Assembly: GCA_029249345.1 (NCBI GenBank)
Contig: JAQWHM010000002.1
Coordinates: forward strand, 20,868 to 84,867
Direction of reading: 5' to 3'
DNA length: 64,000 nt
Origin: Rhodothermales bacterium
GTDB lineage: Bacteria > Bacteroidota > Rhodothermia > Rhodothermales > UBA10348
Position 1 is the first letter of the stretch. Each line of letters opens with the position of its first letter. Below, piece by piece: positions 30,360-38,999 of the stretch. The notes below the pieces were generated by a model. That model ran no database searches. It saw nothing but the letters and a program-made list of their open reading frames with translations, and had not been told where the DNA came from. A program made the translations under genes and the position numbers.

Positions 30360-31823
30360 TTGAAGATTCTGGTTACTGGAGCGACGGGTTATGTTGGGGG
30401 ACGCCTGATTCCTGAACTACTCAGTGCCGGACATGAAGTCCGATGCTTGGTTCGGGACGCTTCAAGAATGCGGGATAAATGGTGGAGTGAAAAGGTTGAA
30501 ACCATTGAAGGCGATGTGTTAGACGAGGCATCTTTGGTAGGTGTTTTTGAGGGGATTGAATCGGCCTATTATCTGATTCATTCACTCGGCGGATTTCAGA
30601 ATGACTTGATATCAACCGAGGAGCAAGCGGCTCATAATTTTGGAAAGGCTGCTCATAACGAGGGTGTAGATCGGATTATCTATCTCGGCGGAATAGAGCC
30701 TACAACGGTGAAGACCTCGAAGCACCTGAGCAGTAGAATTAAAACGGGCGAGGCGTTGCGCTCTTCTGGCGTAAGTGTAACCGAATTCAGAGCAGGTGTG
30801 ATTGTCGGTTCTGGCAGCTTGTCTTTTGAGCTTGTCCGCTATTTGTCGGAAAGAGTCCCCGTCTTGATTACTCCAAAATGGGTACGCACTAGAACGCAGC
30901 CTATTGGTGTCCGGGATGTGTTGAGCTATCTGACAGCGGCACTTACTACTCCTCAAAGCCGGGACGAAATTATTGAGATTGGGGGCTCGGAAGTGTTGTC
31001 CTACGCGGACATGTTCACGATATACGCAGACTTGAGACAGCTTAGACGCCCGATTCTCAAAGTGCCTGTGCTGACTCCAAAACTTTCATCACTTTGGGTA
31101 GGCTTGGTCACACCCATCAATACGAAAATTGCGCGATTGCTGATTGACGGATTGGACAACGAGGTAGTCGTTACTAATCCCGTCGCTCTTACCATGTTTG
31201 ACATCCGTCCAGTCAATTACTCAGTTGCCGTTTCCCGGGCCCTTAAACGATTTGACTCAGACGATGTGGAGACCTATTGGAGTGGATCGGTATCGTCAGG
31301 TTTGTCCGATAACCAAGTCTATTCTACTCTCGGTGAATCCGAGAACTTGATCACTGAAAAAACCAGAATTGTCGTAAAAACATCCCCTGAGGCGGCTTTT
31401 AAGGTCGTTTCTAGTCTCGGAGGAGATACGGGATGGCTCTATGCTGATTTCCTCTGGAGATTGAGGGGCTTTATTGACACGGCGCTCGGCGGTGTCGGGA
31501 TGCGGAAAAGTAGACGGAGTCCGACGGCGCTCCAGCAGGGAGATACCATCGACTTTTGGCGTGTCGAACGGGTGGATGCACCAAATTATTTGTTGTTGCG
31601 AGCAGAGATGAAGCTACCCGGACTGGCTTGGCTTGAATTTAATATCTCGAAACAGGAGGACGGCAAGACGTCGATCACACAAACAGCCTATTACGAACCG
31701 AAGGGTGTAGCGGGTCTTCTGTATTGGTATTTGTTTTCTCTACCACACCGATTCATTTTCCCAGGTATGCTGAAACAGATTGGAATTCTAGCGGAACGGC
31801 AGTTTCAGCAGACGGACTCATAG
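30360..31823 (+). CDS. NAD(P)H-binding SDR/NmrA-like domain fused to a DUF2867-like C-terminal domain
   Basis: TTG start. MKILVTGATGYVGGRLIPELL Rossmann motif. The C-terminal ~150 aa (WLYADFLWRLRG...WRVE..) resembles DUF2867. Confidence 0.7.
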   Translation: MKILVTGATGYVGGRLIPELLSAGHEVRCLVRDASRMRDKWWSEKVETIEGDVLDEASLVGVFEGIESAYYLIHSLGGFQNDLISTEEQAAHNFGKAAHNEGVDRIIYLGGIEPTTVKTSKHLSSRIKTGEALRSSGVSVTEFRAGVIVGSGSLSFELVRYLSERVPVLITPKWVRTRTQPIGVRDVLSYLTAALTTPQSRDEIIEIGGSEVLSYADMFTIYADLRQLRRPILKVPVLTPKLSSLWVGLVTPINTKIARLLIDGLDNEVVVTNPVALTMFDIRPVNYSVAVSRALKRFDSDDVETYWSGSVSSGLSDNQVYSTLGESENLITEKTRIVVKTSPEAAFKVVSSLGGDTGWLYADFLWRLRGFIDTALGGVGMRKSRRSPTALQQGDTIDFWRVERVDAPNYLLLRAEMKLPGLAWLEFNISKQEDGKTSITQTAYYEPKGVAGLLYWYLFSLPHRFIFPGMLKQIGILAERQFQQTDS

Positions 31824-31882
31824 ACTGAATTACGCATATTTTTGTATTCTCGAATCTTCAACATGCTATCAAAGAGACCTTC

Positions 31883-32380
31883 ATGCAGAAATTACTGATT
31901 ATTGGATTCGTCCTTGGTTCGGTTACCGTCGCCTCGTTTTCGTGTGAACAAGCGCGAATCGAGGAAAGCCTGGCGATTCAGAGTGGTGCCGTGTTACAGG
32001 CGGCTCCATCAGATAATGCACTCGTCGACATAATGAGGGGACTGGAAACTGATTTGGCCGAAATAGCTCATGGTCTTTGGACACAAGAGCGCCAAACCGT
32101 AAAAGCAGCAGCTATGCGGATAGCGGAGCATCCAAAGGTTACCCCAGATCAGTTGGCAGCTATCAAAGAAGAATTAGGTTCAGAGATGGGGAGTTTTGCT
32201 CAATTCGATGGAATCGTTCATAATACATCTATCGAACTAGCTGAGGCCGTTGATGCAGATATGGATATTCCGGAACTGTTTGAGATTTATCACCGCATTG
32301 AAGTGGGTTGTATCTCGTGTCATGCCACGTTTCAAACACGAGTTTCCGATATGTTGGCAGCTACGAAGAGTGGCTCTTAG
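31883..32380 (+). CDS. putative class II c-type cytochrome (cytochrome c-prime-like) lipoprotein
   Basis: Lipobox VASFSC. Predicted all-helical, with a single haem motif CISCH about 20 aa from the C-terminus, where class II cytochromes c carry it. Confidence 0.5.
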   Translation: MQKLLIIGFVLGSVTVASFSCEQARIEESLAIQSGAVLQAAPSDNALVDIMRGLETDLAEIAHGLWTQERQTVKAAAMRIAEHPKVTPDQLAAIKEELGSEMGSFAQFDGIVHNTSIELAEAVDADMDIPELFEIYHRIEVGCISCHATFQTRVSDMLAATKSGS

Positions 32381-32437
32381 CTAACGCTACATCACGCTAG
32401 CTTGCACTTAGCCATCAGTTACCTTCGTGGATAGGTT

Positions 32438-32983
32438 TTGAATCGTAAAAGGAAGCGCTCAACTTGTGATATTCGACCTGCCGTCGCCCAAGATGCTAAT
32501 GCCATAATTGGGTTAAACTCCAACGTGGTTGAGTTGACCAGCCCTATGGATAAAAAACGATTTGAGCTTTTATTTTCGCAATGTGCTCTTATCATTGTGG
32601 CGGAAAGAAACGGTGCAATCGTTGGTTTTTTAATGGGATTCGATGGTAATTGCCAGTATGATAGCGCCAATTTCAAGTGGTTCAGATCTCGGTTGGCCTC
32701 CTTTTTTTATGTAGACCGAGTAGTCGTATCCGAAACCGATCGAGGGACAGGCATAGGAAAGGCGTTTTATCAATACATTCGAAATTGGTCGAGAGATCAG
32801 CGTATCGAAACGCTCGCTGCAGAAATGAATCTGGAACCGGCCAACGAGGCGTCTTTAGCGTTTCATCGTTCGGAGTCTTTTATTCAGGTTGGTACGAGGA
32901 ATCCGAGCGAAGGCAAGGTTCTTTCCATGCAGACTGCCAACTGTAGCACCGCTAACGAAGCCCAACCTACTAAAGCTGAATAA
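32438..32983 (+). CDS. GNAT family N-acetyltransferase
   Basis: VVSETDRGTGIGKAFY acetyl-CoA motif. TTG start. Confidence 0.7.
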   Translation: MNRKRKRSTCDIRPAVAQDANAIIGLNSNVVELTSPMDKKRFELLFSQCALIIVAERNGAIVGFLMGFDGNCQYDSANFKWFRSRLASFFYVDRVVVSETDRGTGIGKAFYQYIRNWSRDQRIETLAAEMNLEPANEASLAFHRSESFIQVGTRNPSEGKVLSMQTANCSTANEAQPTKAE

Positions 32984-32995
32984 TCCAATACTCCT

Positions 32996-33199
32996 ATGAC
33001 AAAGTTTGGAAGCCCTTTTCAAAACGGAAGCCTTAGCTCGTTACTCATGGGAATCACGTTTGTAGGCGTGATTACGTATTTCTATTTGGCCTCGGCTGAG
33101 CGTTCGCCCGTTTTTTTAATCCTAGTCGTAATGGCTACGCTTTCGACGATCGGCACGTACTTCAAATACAAGCAGCAGAGCCGACAGCAAAAGAAGTAA
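32996..33199 (+). CDS. small 2-TM membrane protein, hypothetical
   Basis: 67 aa with two hydrophobic segments and a basic C-terminal tail (KQQSRQQKK). Confidence 0.35.
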   Translation: MTKFGSPFQNGSLSSLLMGITFVGVITYFYLASAERSPVFLILVVMATLSTIGTYFKYKQQSRQQKK

Positions 33200-33219
33200 T
33201 CGCAAGCTTTAGGCGGGTT

Positions 33220-34035
33220 CTATTCTTTGGAGCGCAGAGCTTTTTCGGGAGTAGTGCCAGAAACGACAGGGTCGTCTAGTTCAAGATCCAATAGCGGTTT
33301 GGTCGCAGTGACTTCTGTCTCTAAACGTTGCGCATCCTGCTGAACATTCGATTCATCTCGCTCGCGTTTCTCGGTATGACCTGTGGCTTGAAGCTTTGCA
33401 GAAAGGGTTTTAAGCTTAGTAAATCCCTTGTTCATGTGTCTTCGAAGAGCAGCGCGTCCAGTCACAAACGTTAAGCCGATTGCCAACGCTACGAAGGACC
33501 ACCCTGAAACCGCCCCTAAGCCCAAAAATTCGGAAGCAAATACGAGGGAGGCTATCCCTACCAGAGGAATGGGGAGATAAAAAGGAAGAGCAGTCAAAGG
33601 ACCGCTCCAGTTCACGCTGACATTGGTTTTATTGTGTTCTTTTACCGCCGTTATGTGTGCCGAGTTACTCGTTCCTCTCGGGGATCTCCACTCGTGCACT
33701 ATATCTCTGGTATGGACTTCACCCGGGGATTGAAAAAAGGCTCGGATGGAGACCAGCATGTTTTCCCATTCCACGCTAGTTATCTCATGATCAATCTGAA
33801 CGTGTTCAGAAAATGAAAACGGTCCTCCCCAAAAATCGTGATCGATAGGCTGGCTTTTATTCTCTAGTGCTTCAACTGCTTTACTAATCTCCGAGGGATC
33901 AATTCCAGCCTCTTTAGCAATGACTTCGAGTTCATTGATAGTTAGGCCTGGGTCCTCGTTTGAAAGGCCCTTGTGAGATTGTTCGGCTGCCGTTTTTAGA
34001 ATTGCAGCCGTTTCCTTTTCGTTAAAAACTTTCAT
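33220..34035 (-). CDS. uncharacterised 2-TM protein, paralog A (same family as 39000..39830)
   Basis: Start at the Met at 34035 (MKVFNEKE...). Colinear with paralog B: N-terminal helical module (LTINELEVIAKEAGIDPSEISKAV), FWGGPF motif, mid domain, two TM helices, and a charged coiled/disordered tail. Confidence 0.6.
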   Translation of the reverse strand: MKVFNEKETAAILKTAAEQSHKGLSNEDPGLTINELEVIAKEAGIDPSEISKAVEALENKSQPIDHDFWGGPFSFSEHVQIDHEITSVEWENMLVSIRAFFQSPGEVHTRDIVHEWRSPRGTSNSAHITAVKEHNKTNVSVNWSGPLTALPFYLPIPLVGIASLVFASEFLGLGAVSGWSFVALAIGLTFVTGRAALRRHMNKGFTKLKTLSAKLQATGHTEKRERDESNVQQDAQRLETEVTATKPLLDLELDDPVVSGTTPEKALRSKE

Positions 34036-34280
34036 TGACCAATCTTTTCGATGTATGCTTGAACTCAATTACGCAAAAAACCTGTTTGAGGTGCATTTTT
34101 ATTCTTTCGGACTTTCCGTTTTAACTCAATCAATAAGAAGTTCATTTCCAGAGTACGGAATGTGTGAGCCAAGTCTTTCACATGATTTATTTCATCCCAG
34201 GCAACTCACAGCAATCGAGACCGTCCTACAACCGACGCGCTACCTCCTTGACCAAACCAACGTTCTCCATGGACTCATAT

Positions 34281-35528
34281 ATGTCCAAGTTAAGTATTGT
34301 CGCCATAGCACTGCTGGTATGCCTGCTACCATCAGCGGTCATTGCCCAATCCTCAAGCGAGTCCAATTATCTACTCCAAGTTGGCGTCCCGGACAGCCTG
34401 TACTCTGAGGTTCTTCAAGAGCAGAGATCGTATTGGGTCCATCTTCCAGGAGGGAGGAGTCTGGTCGAGGGACAATCCTATCCGGTCATATACCTGCTTG
34501 ATGGAGGAGTGCTTCTCGGGGGGCTTGCAGCTATTCAGGAGTTCTATAATCAGTTTAGGCTACCTGAAATGATCGTTGTTGGTATTTCTAATGCGAACAA
34601 TCGAACACGCGATTTAACGCCATCTAGTATCGATTCGCGGCACGGTGCATCGGTGCAGGAGTCGGGTGGATCAGATCGGTTTATGTCTTTTTTAGCTGAT
34701 GAGCTCATTCCTTTAATCGATTCGCAGTATCCGACTACGACCCATCGGGTACTCATCGGACATTCCTATGCAGGTCTTTTTGCGGTGAATACGTTGGTAA
34801 CTCGACCAGATGTATTCACCAACTATGTAGCTATTGATCCCAGCCTTGATTGGGACGATCAACGATGGATGGAACGTACTCTGAGTACGCTGGAATCTTC
34901 GGATCTAACCGGAAAGGGATTGTTCGTATCCGTTGCAAATGAGATTATCCGTTTCTCGCATCTACTGACGCCAGAGACGGTAATGGCAGATACGACGGCT
35001 TTTAGCTTAGGAATTCGCTCCTTGCTTTCGTTTGTGACGAAGCTAAAGTCGACTCCGCCCAAGGGACTTCGGTTTGACTGGAAGTACTACCCTCAGGATA
35101 TTCATGGGTCCGTCCCGTTAGTTGGGATGCGCGACGCGCTGGTGTCCCTCTATGATTTTTGGGAGTTGAAAACCCCCTCTCTTTATAACAATCCTGAAAC
35201 TCCCACAGGGGAGTTGCTTGCGCTCATACGTAATCAGTCTAGCGCTAGGTCAACGAATATGGGGTATCCACAACCCATGGAGGAAGAGTTACTGGATATG
35301 TTGGCTTTTATGTCGTTGGATGCTGGGCAGCCAGACAAAGCCCGCGCAATTCTAGAATTGACGGCGGGATATTATCCTACTAGTTCATCGATTCATGAGT
35401 CAATCATGGAAGTCTGTTTGACGACTGAGGACTATGATTGTGCACAAACTCATGCGGCAGAGGCAGACCGCATTGAAGGGGGGACGCAGCTTTCGGAGAA
35501 GGTAATGGAAGCCCGCAAATCACGCTAG
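34281..35528 (+). CDS. secreted esterase (PF00756 putative-esterase type) with C-terminal helical-repeat region
   Basis: Start at the ATG at 34281 (MSKLSIVAIALLVCLLPSAVIAQ); ATG at 34269 is also possible. YPVIYLLDG and the GHSYAGLF nucleophile elbow. Confidence 0.7.
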   Translation: MSKLSIVAIALLVCLLPSAVIAQSSSESNYLLQVGVPDSLYSEVLQEQRSYWVHLPGGRSLVEGQSYPVIYLLDGGVLLGGLAAIQEFYNQFRLPEMIVVGISNANNRTRDLTPSSIDSRHGASVQESGGSDRFMSFLADELIPLIDSQYPTTTHRVLIGHSYAGLFAVNTLVTRPDVFTNYVAIDPSLDWDDQRWMERTLSTLESSDLTGKGLFVSVANEIIRFSHLLTPETVMADTTAFSLGIRSLLSFVTKLKSTPPKGLRFDWKYYPQDIHGSVPLVGMRDALVSLYDFWELKTPSLYNNPETPTGELLALIRNQSSARSTNMGYPQPMEEELLDMLAFMSLDAGQPDKARAILELTAGYYPTSSSIHESIMEVCLTTEDYDCAQTHAAEADRIEGGTQLSEKVMEARKSR

Positions 35529-35596
35529 GTTGGAGCGTTGGGCACGCTTACTTTCGTTGGGGAGGTGAGAACTTTGTGGTTTAATCAATAGAGGGT

Positions 35597-35752
35597 TATG
35601 TCGCTATGGAAGAGAGTAAAGGGATTGCTATCGGCATCGCACTTGGCGTAGCATTCGGAGTGGCATTGGATAACATTGCGCTGGGAATCGCTCTTGGGAT
35701 CGTTTTTGGCGTTCTTTATGATCGTAAGCAGAAAGAAAACCGGGACGCTTAG
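35597..35752 (+). CDS. small glycine-zipper membrane peptide (paralog of a copy at ~2970-3113)
   Basis: 51-aa ORF absent from the ORF track (below its size cutoff): MSLWKRVKGLLSASQLGVAFGVALDNIALGIALGIVFGVLYDRKQKENRDA. Shares the 15-mer attgcgctgggaatc and the DNIALGI core with the other copy. Confidence 0.4.
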   Translation, partial: YVAMEESKGIAIGIALGVAFGVALDNIALGIALGIVFGVLYDRKQKENRDA

Positions 35753-35768
35753 CTACGTTCAGCAGAGC

Positions 35769-35786
35769 ACCTATTAGGAAATAGGT
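35769..35786. promoter_or_regulatory. inverted repeat, candidate MarR operator
   Basis: acctatt-agga-aataggt: perfect 7-bp arms, 31 nt upstream of the MarR ATG at 35817. Confidence 0.35.
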
Positions 35787-35816
35787 TATAGTTGTATTAT
35801 ACTTGAGTTATCAAGT

Positions 35817-36263
35817 ATGAATCAAACATATAGCACGTGTGTTGCAATGGAACGAGCCAGCGATCTTTTTCTTTCTCTTCATAACCTGAACGCCAAGCTC
35901 ATGAAAAGCATGGATGCTCACTTAAGCATGCATGGAATCAGCTTTACTGAATACCACATTCTGCACACGCTGAGTGAGGCTTCCAATCAGACGATGTCTC
36001 GCATAGACTTAGCCCGAAGTGTAGAACTGAGCGCTTCAGGAGTGACAAGACTAATTGCTCCTATGGAAAAATTGGGCATGGTGAAAAAAGAGAAGCACCC
36101 AAGGGATGCTCGCAAGAGTTTGGTTAAACTTTCCGATTCTGGTCAAAGAGTATTGGAAGACTCTTCGGTCACGTTTAATGAAACCTCGGCTACACTTTTC
36201 GTTACACTCTCCGAGACGCAACAATCGAAGATGAATCAATTGTGCGCGCGAGTGAAGCGATAG
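35817..36263 (+). CDS. MarR family transcriptional regulator
   Basis: 148 aa. ISFTEYHILHTL ... MSRIDLARSVELSASGVTRLIAPMEKLGMV ... DARKSLVKLS, a winged-helix MarR pattern. Confidence 0.85.
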   Translation: MNQTYSTCVAMERASDLFLSLHNLNAKLMKSMDAHLSMHGISFTEYHILHTLSEASNQTMSRIDLARSVELSASGVTRLIAPMEKLGMVKKEKHPRDARKSLVKLSDSGQRVLEDSSVTFNETSATLFVTLSETQQSKMNQLCARVKR

Positions 36264-36388
36264 GTGGAATTCGAAAGACTCGAATTCATTCTGAAGAGAG
36301 GGGGGAATACTCTCCTAAAACACGCCGATCTGAGATTGGCATAATCGAGGAAGTTGTGGAAGAAAAGATCGTGATAGTCAATGACCGA

Positions 36389-36862
36389 ATGCAGTCTGAC
36401 TACCAGTATGTGTTAGTTGAACCCCAAGGAAAGAATTATGCACCTGATTTTAAGCCTGAGTTAACGCCTGCAGAAATGCTTGAGTTAGGCGTGTTCGGTG
36501 GAAAGTACATGACTGATTGCCAGGATGAATTTCCTGAATCCTGGTTCGTGAATGCTCGATTATCGCCGTCAGGTGCCGACCCATCAATCAACTTTTTTGG
36601 AGTAGACGCTTCCCAGCCGCTGAGTGAATGGAATCGGAAAGGGTGGATATTCCCTGATGATCCTCGCGGATGGTTTCAATGGTATTGCCGGTATTACATG
36701 GGAAGGCGTGGTCCAGATGATGATAGGCAGGTGCATCGCTGGCGAATGATGACCCGCCATAGAGCTCAGGTAGTGAAAAACTGCCCTGAAAAGGAGCTGT
36801 CGTGTAGAAAGAAGCAACGCCAGGCCTTATTGCATTGGGGTTACGACTCGCGCTTGATGTAA
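36389..36862 (+). CDS. conserved hypothetical protein (no family named)
   Basis: Strongly protein-like, Trp-rich blocks (DPRGWFQWYCRYYMGRRGPDDDRQVHRW, LLHWGYD). The start is uncertain: ATG at 36389, GTG at 36371, or GTG at 36242 overlapping the marR 3' end. Confidence 0.5.
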   Translation: MQSDYQYVLVEPQGKNYAPDFKPELTPAEMLELGVFGGKYMTDCQDEFPESWFVNARLSPSGADPSINFFGVDASQPLSEWNRKGWIFPDDPRGWFQWYCRYYMGRRGPDDDRQVHRWRMMTRHRAQVVKNCPEKELSCRKKQRQALLHWGYDSRLM

Positions 36863-36977
36863 TAGTCTGAGATAGTTTTGCTACATCTATTTTCTCAGCA
36901 TAGTGATCGAAATGGGTGTGCGCTACTTTAAAGAGAGCCTACTGCGTCTCACCAAAATGGAATTTATCTCTGACAGC

Positions 36978-37442
36978 ATGAAGATCTGCACTCTAGTCGT
37001 ATCCGTTCTGCTGGTCAACGTAGCTCAAGGTCAGGCGCCGACTTCTGACGCAAAAGAGTTGTTGAAGCACCATCAGACCGTTCTCCAAGCCCATGTTACA
37101 GGTGATGTGGCTGCATGGTTAGCCGTGGAGGCAGACACCACGATTTCAGTACATGATGGCGCTGTCACTTACCTAACTCGGAACGAAAGGAAAGCTTCGA
37201 GAGCTGCATATTTAGGGAGAACCACCTTTGAAGTGTATCAAGACTTATCGAGCCCAATCGTCCGTCTCTCAGAAGATGGCACCTTGGGCTGGATCATTGC
37301 CGAGGTTGAAACGGTGGGTTGGGCTGCTAGGGCAGATGGGACCATCGAGGATATCTCCGAAATATGGGCATGGATTGAGCTCTATCAGAAGTCGAGTGAG
37401 GGTTGGCAAATGACTGGAAACGTATCTAATAGACGTCCCTAA
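36978..37442 (+). CDS. secreted NTF2-like (SnoaL/DUF4440-type) protein
   Basis: Start at the ATG at 36978 (MKICTLVVSVLLVNVAQGQ). Size and pattern (..W....A.D....., WAWIELYQKSSEGWQM) fit the NTF2-like fold. Confidence 0.55.
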   Translation: MKICTLVVSVLLVNVAQGQAPTSDAKELLKHHQTVLQAHVTGDVAAWLAVEADTTISVHDGAVTYLTRNERKASRAAYLGRTTFEVYQDLSSPIVRLSEDGTLGWIIAEVETVGWAARADGTIEDISEIWAWIELYQKSSEGWQMTGNVSNRRP

Positions 37443-37457
37443 TACACGTACTTTATT

Positions 37458-37781
37458 ATGTCGAATAAATCCTATTGGATATACCTTTCTTCGGCCATTG
37501 GCTTATTGATCATACCCGTGTTGGAGATAGCGAGATGGATTCGCGTTTCAGGATCCGTTAAAGGGGGCCAGACGGAACGAGTTGCAGCCTACATGGCCCC
37601 GATTCCAGAAGCCTTTCAGGATCCGTTTGCACACACGCTTGGCCTTCTTGGACTGTGCGTGGCTGCGGTTTTTTTGAGCTATTTGGTTCGGAATTCCAAA
37701 GGAATGACCAAAGCGGTAAGTGGTATCGTCTTCGGAATAGCTACTCTGCTTTCAGCCTGGCTCGTTTTTTCTTTAATGTAG
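37458..37781 (+). CDS. hypothetical 3-TM membrane protein (possibly continues in another frame to 37969)
   Basis: 107-aa ORF with three hydrophobic helices. It ends just after a T6 run (37765-37770). A different frame continues with two more TM helices. Confidence 0.4.
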   Translation: MSNKSYWIYLSSAIGLLIIPVLEIARWIRVSGSVKGGQTERVAAYMAPIPEAFQDPFAHTLGLLGLCVAAVFLSYLVRNSKGMTKAVSGIVFGIATLLSAWLVFSLM

Positions 37782-37949
37782 ATAGATTTGATCTCGACGC
37801 TTTAGGGAAGAAGTTCTTGACGTTTGGACTCATATTTCTTGCCGCCGGAATCGTGACGCAAGGATTTACCTTCAGCTTTGAGAGCGCCATGTTTAACCTT
37901 GGCCTCATTTTTTCACTATCTGGATTGGCGAGTCTCTTCATACATCGAG

Positions 37950-38657
37950 TCAAGAGATCTCTCGAATAAACACGTTCCGCCAGCGAATTTCGCCCCCATG
38001 AGTTTGCAACTGGATGGGTCCACGTTCAAAAATGGGGATAGAACGGTCGAAGTAGTTTTCCATCTCTGAGTCATCTACCACTTTCTCGCCGTTCATAAAT
38101 ACGGTTACCTTCGTGCCCGCCATGATGATTCTGAAGCTATTCCACTCACCGAATGGCTTGTCCATTAGTTTGGAAGGATCCTTTCCCGGAGCCTCTTTGC
38201 TGTTATTCCAAAGTCCGCCAGATCCTTTGTCTGCGCCGATAGCCCATTTCCCGCCTTCTTCCGTAGTATCCCAAATTTGAACTTGAGGTACGCCACGGAG
38301 ATAGATGCCGCTGTCCGCATTTGGAACCGTGCGGTATTCCAATAGGAGCTCAAAATCGCCGTAATCCTGATTGGTCGTTAGAAAAAGCCCGTCTCCATCA
38401 TTGATTAGTTCACCGTCCGTAACACTCCAGTGCTCGTGAATATCTTTACGCGTTTCTTCCTTATGGGCTGCCAGTTCACTATCTGTCATAGCCCAAAGGA
38501 CCCGCGGATCTTCGGTACCGTGTCCAAACCAACCCTCTAAATCAACACCGTTAAACAGGGCGGTAAAGCCTTCTGGAGGAATGTTCTGGGCGCTTGCGTT
38601 GAGAGAAAGGACGACAGAAAAAAACCCGGCCACGAAAATGAGCATCAGAGAGCGCAT
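37950..38657 (-). CDS. DUF1080 (3-keto-disaccharide hydrolase-like) secreted protein
   Basis: Signal peptide MRSLMLIFVAGFFSVVLSLNASAQ. FNGVDLEGWFG, HWSVTDGELIN, GEWNSFRIIMAG..VFMNG and GPIQLQTHGGEIRWRNVFIREI. Confidence 0.8.
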   Translation of the reverse strand: MRSLMLIFVAGFFSVVLSLNASAQNIPPEGFTALFNGVDLEGWFGHGTEDPRVLWAMTDSELAAHKEETRKDIHEHWSVTDGELINDGDGLFLTTNQDYGDFELLLEYRTVPNADSGIYLRGVPQVQIWDTTEEGGKWAIGADKGSGGLWNNSKEAPGKDPSKLMDKPFGEWNSFRIIMAGTKVTVFMNGEKVVDDSEMENYFDRSIPIFERGPIQLQTHGGEIRWRNVFIREIS

Positions 38658-38999
38658 GGTTTGAACGTATTGAGTGTATGGTCCGTGCAGAAGAGGAGGT
38701 CACAACACCGAAAAAAGCTTGTTCCGCCTTCGGCTCCTATTTTACGCATTCCGTCATTGGTTCGCAGTGCTCTCGAAGTTTCCTTTCAACGCTGTCTCAT
38801 GACATTTGGATAAGGAAATGCTCATTCCTAGGTATGACTTTTCTGCCTTGCGGTTAGCGTTTTGGTTGGTCATACTGATTTGGAGGCCTCATTTAGAGCA
38901 AGGCCGATGTCGTCGGTCTCGGAACGTGAGTCATGTTCGACTGTTTGGTGTTTTATATCTCCTGAATACGATCTCACAACCCGATCCTAAAAAGCTACT

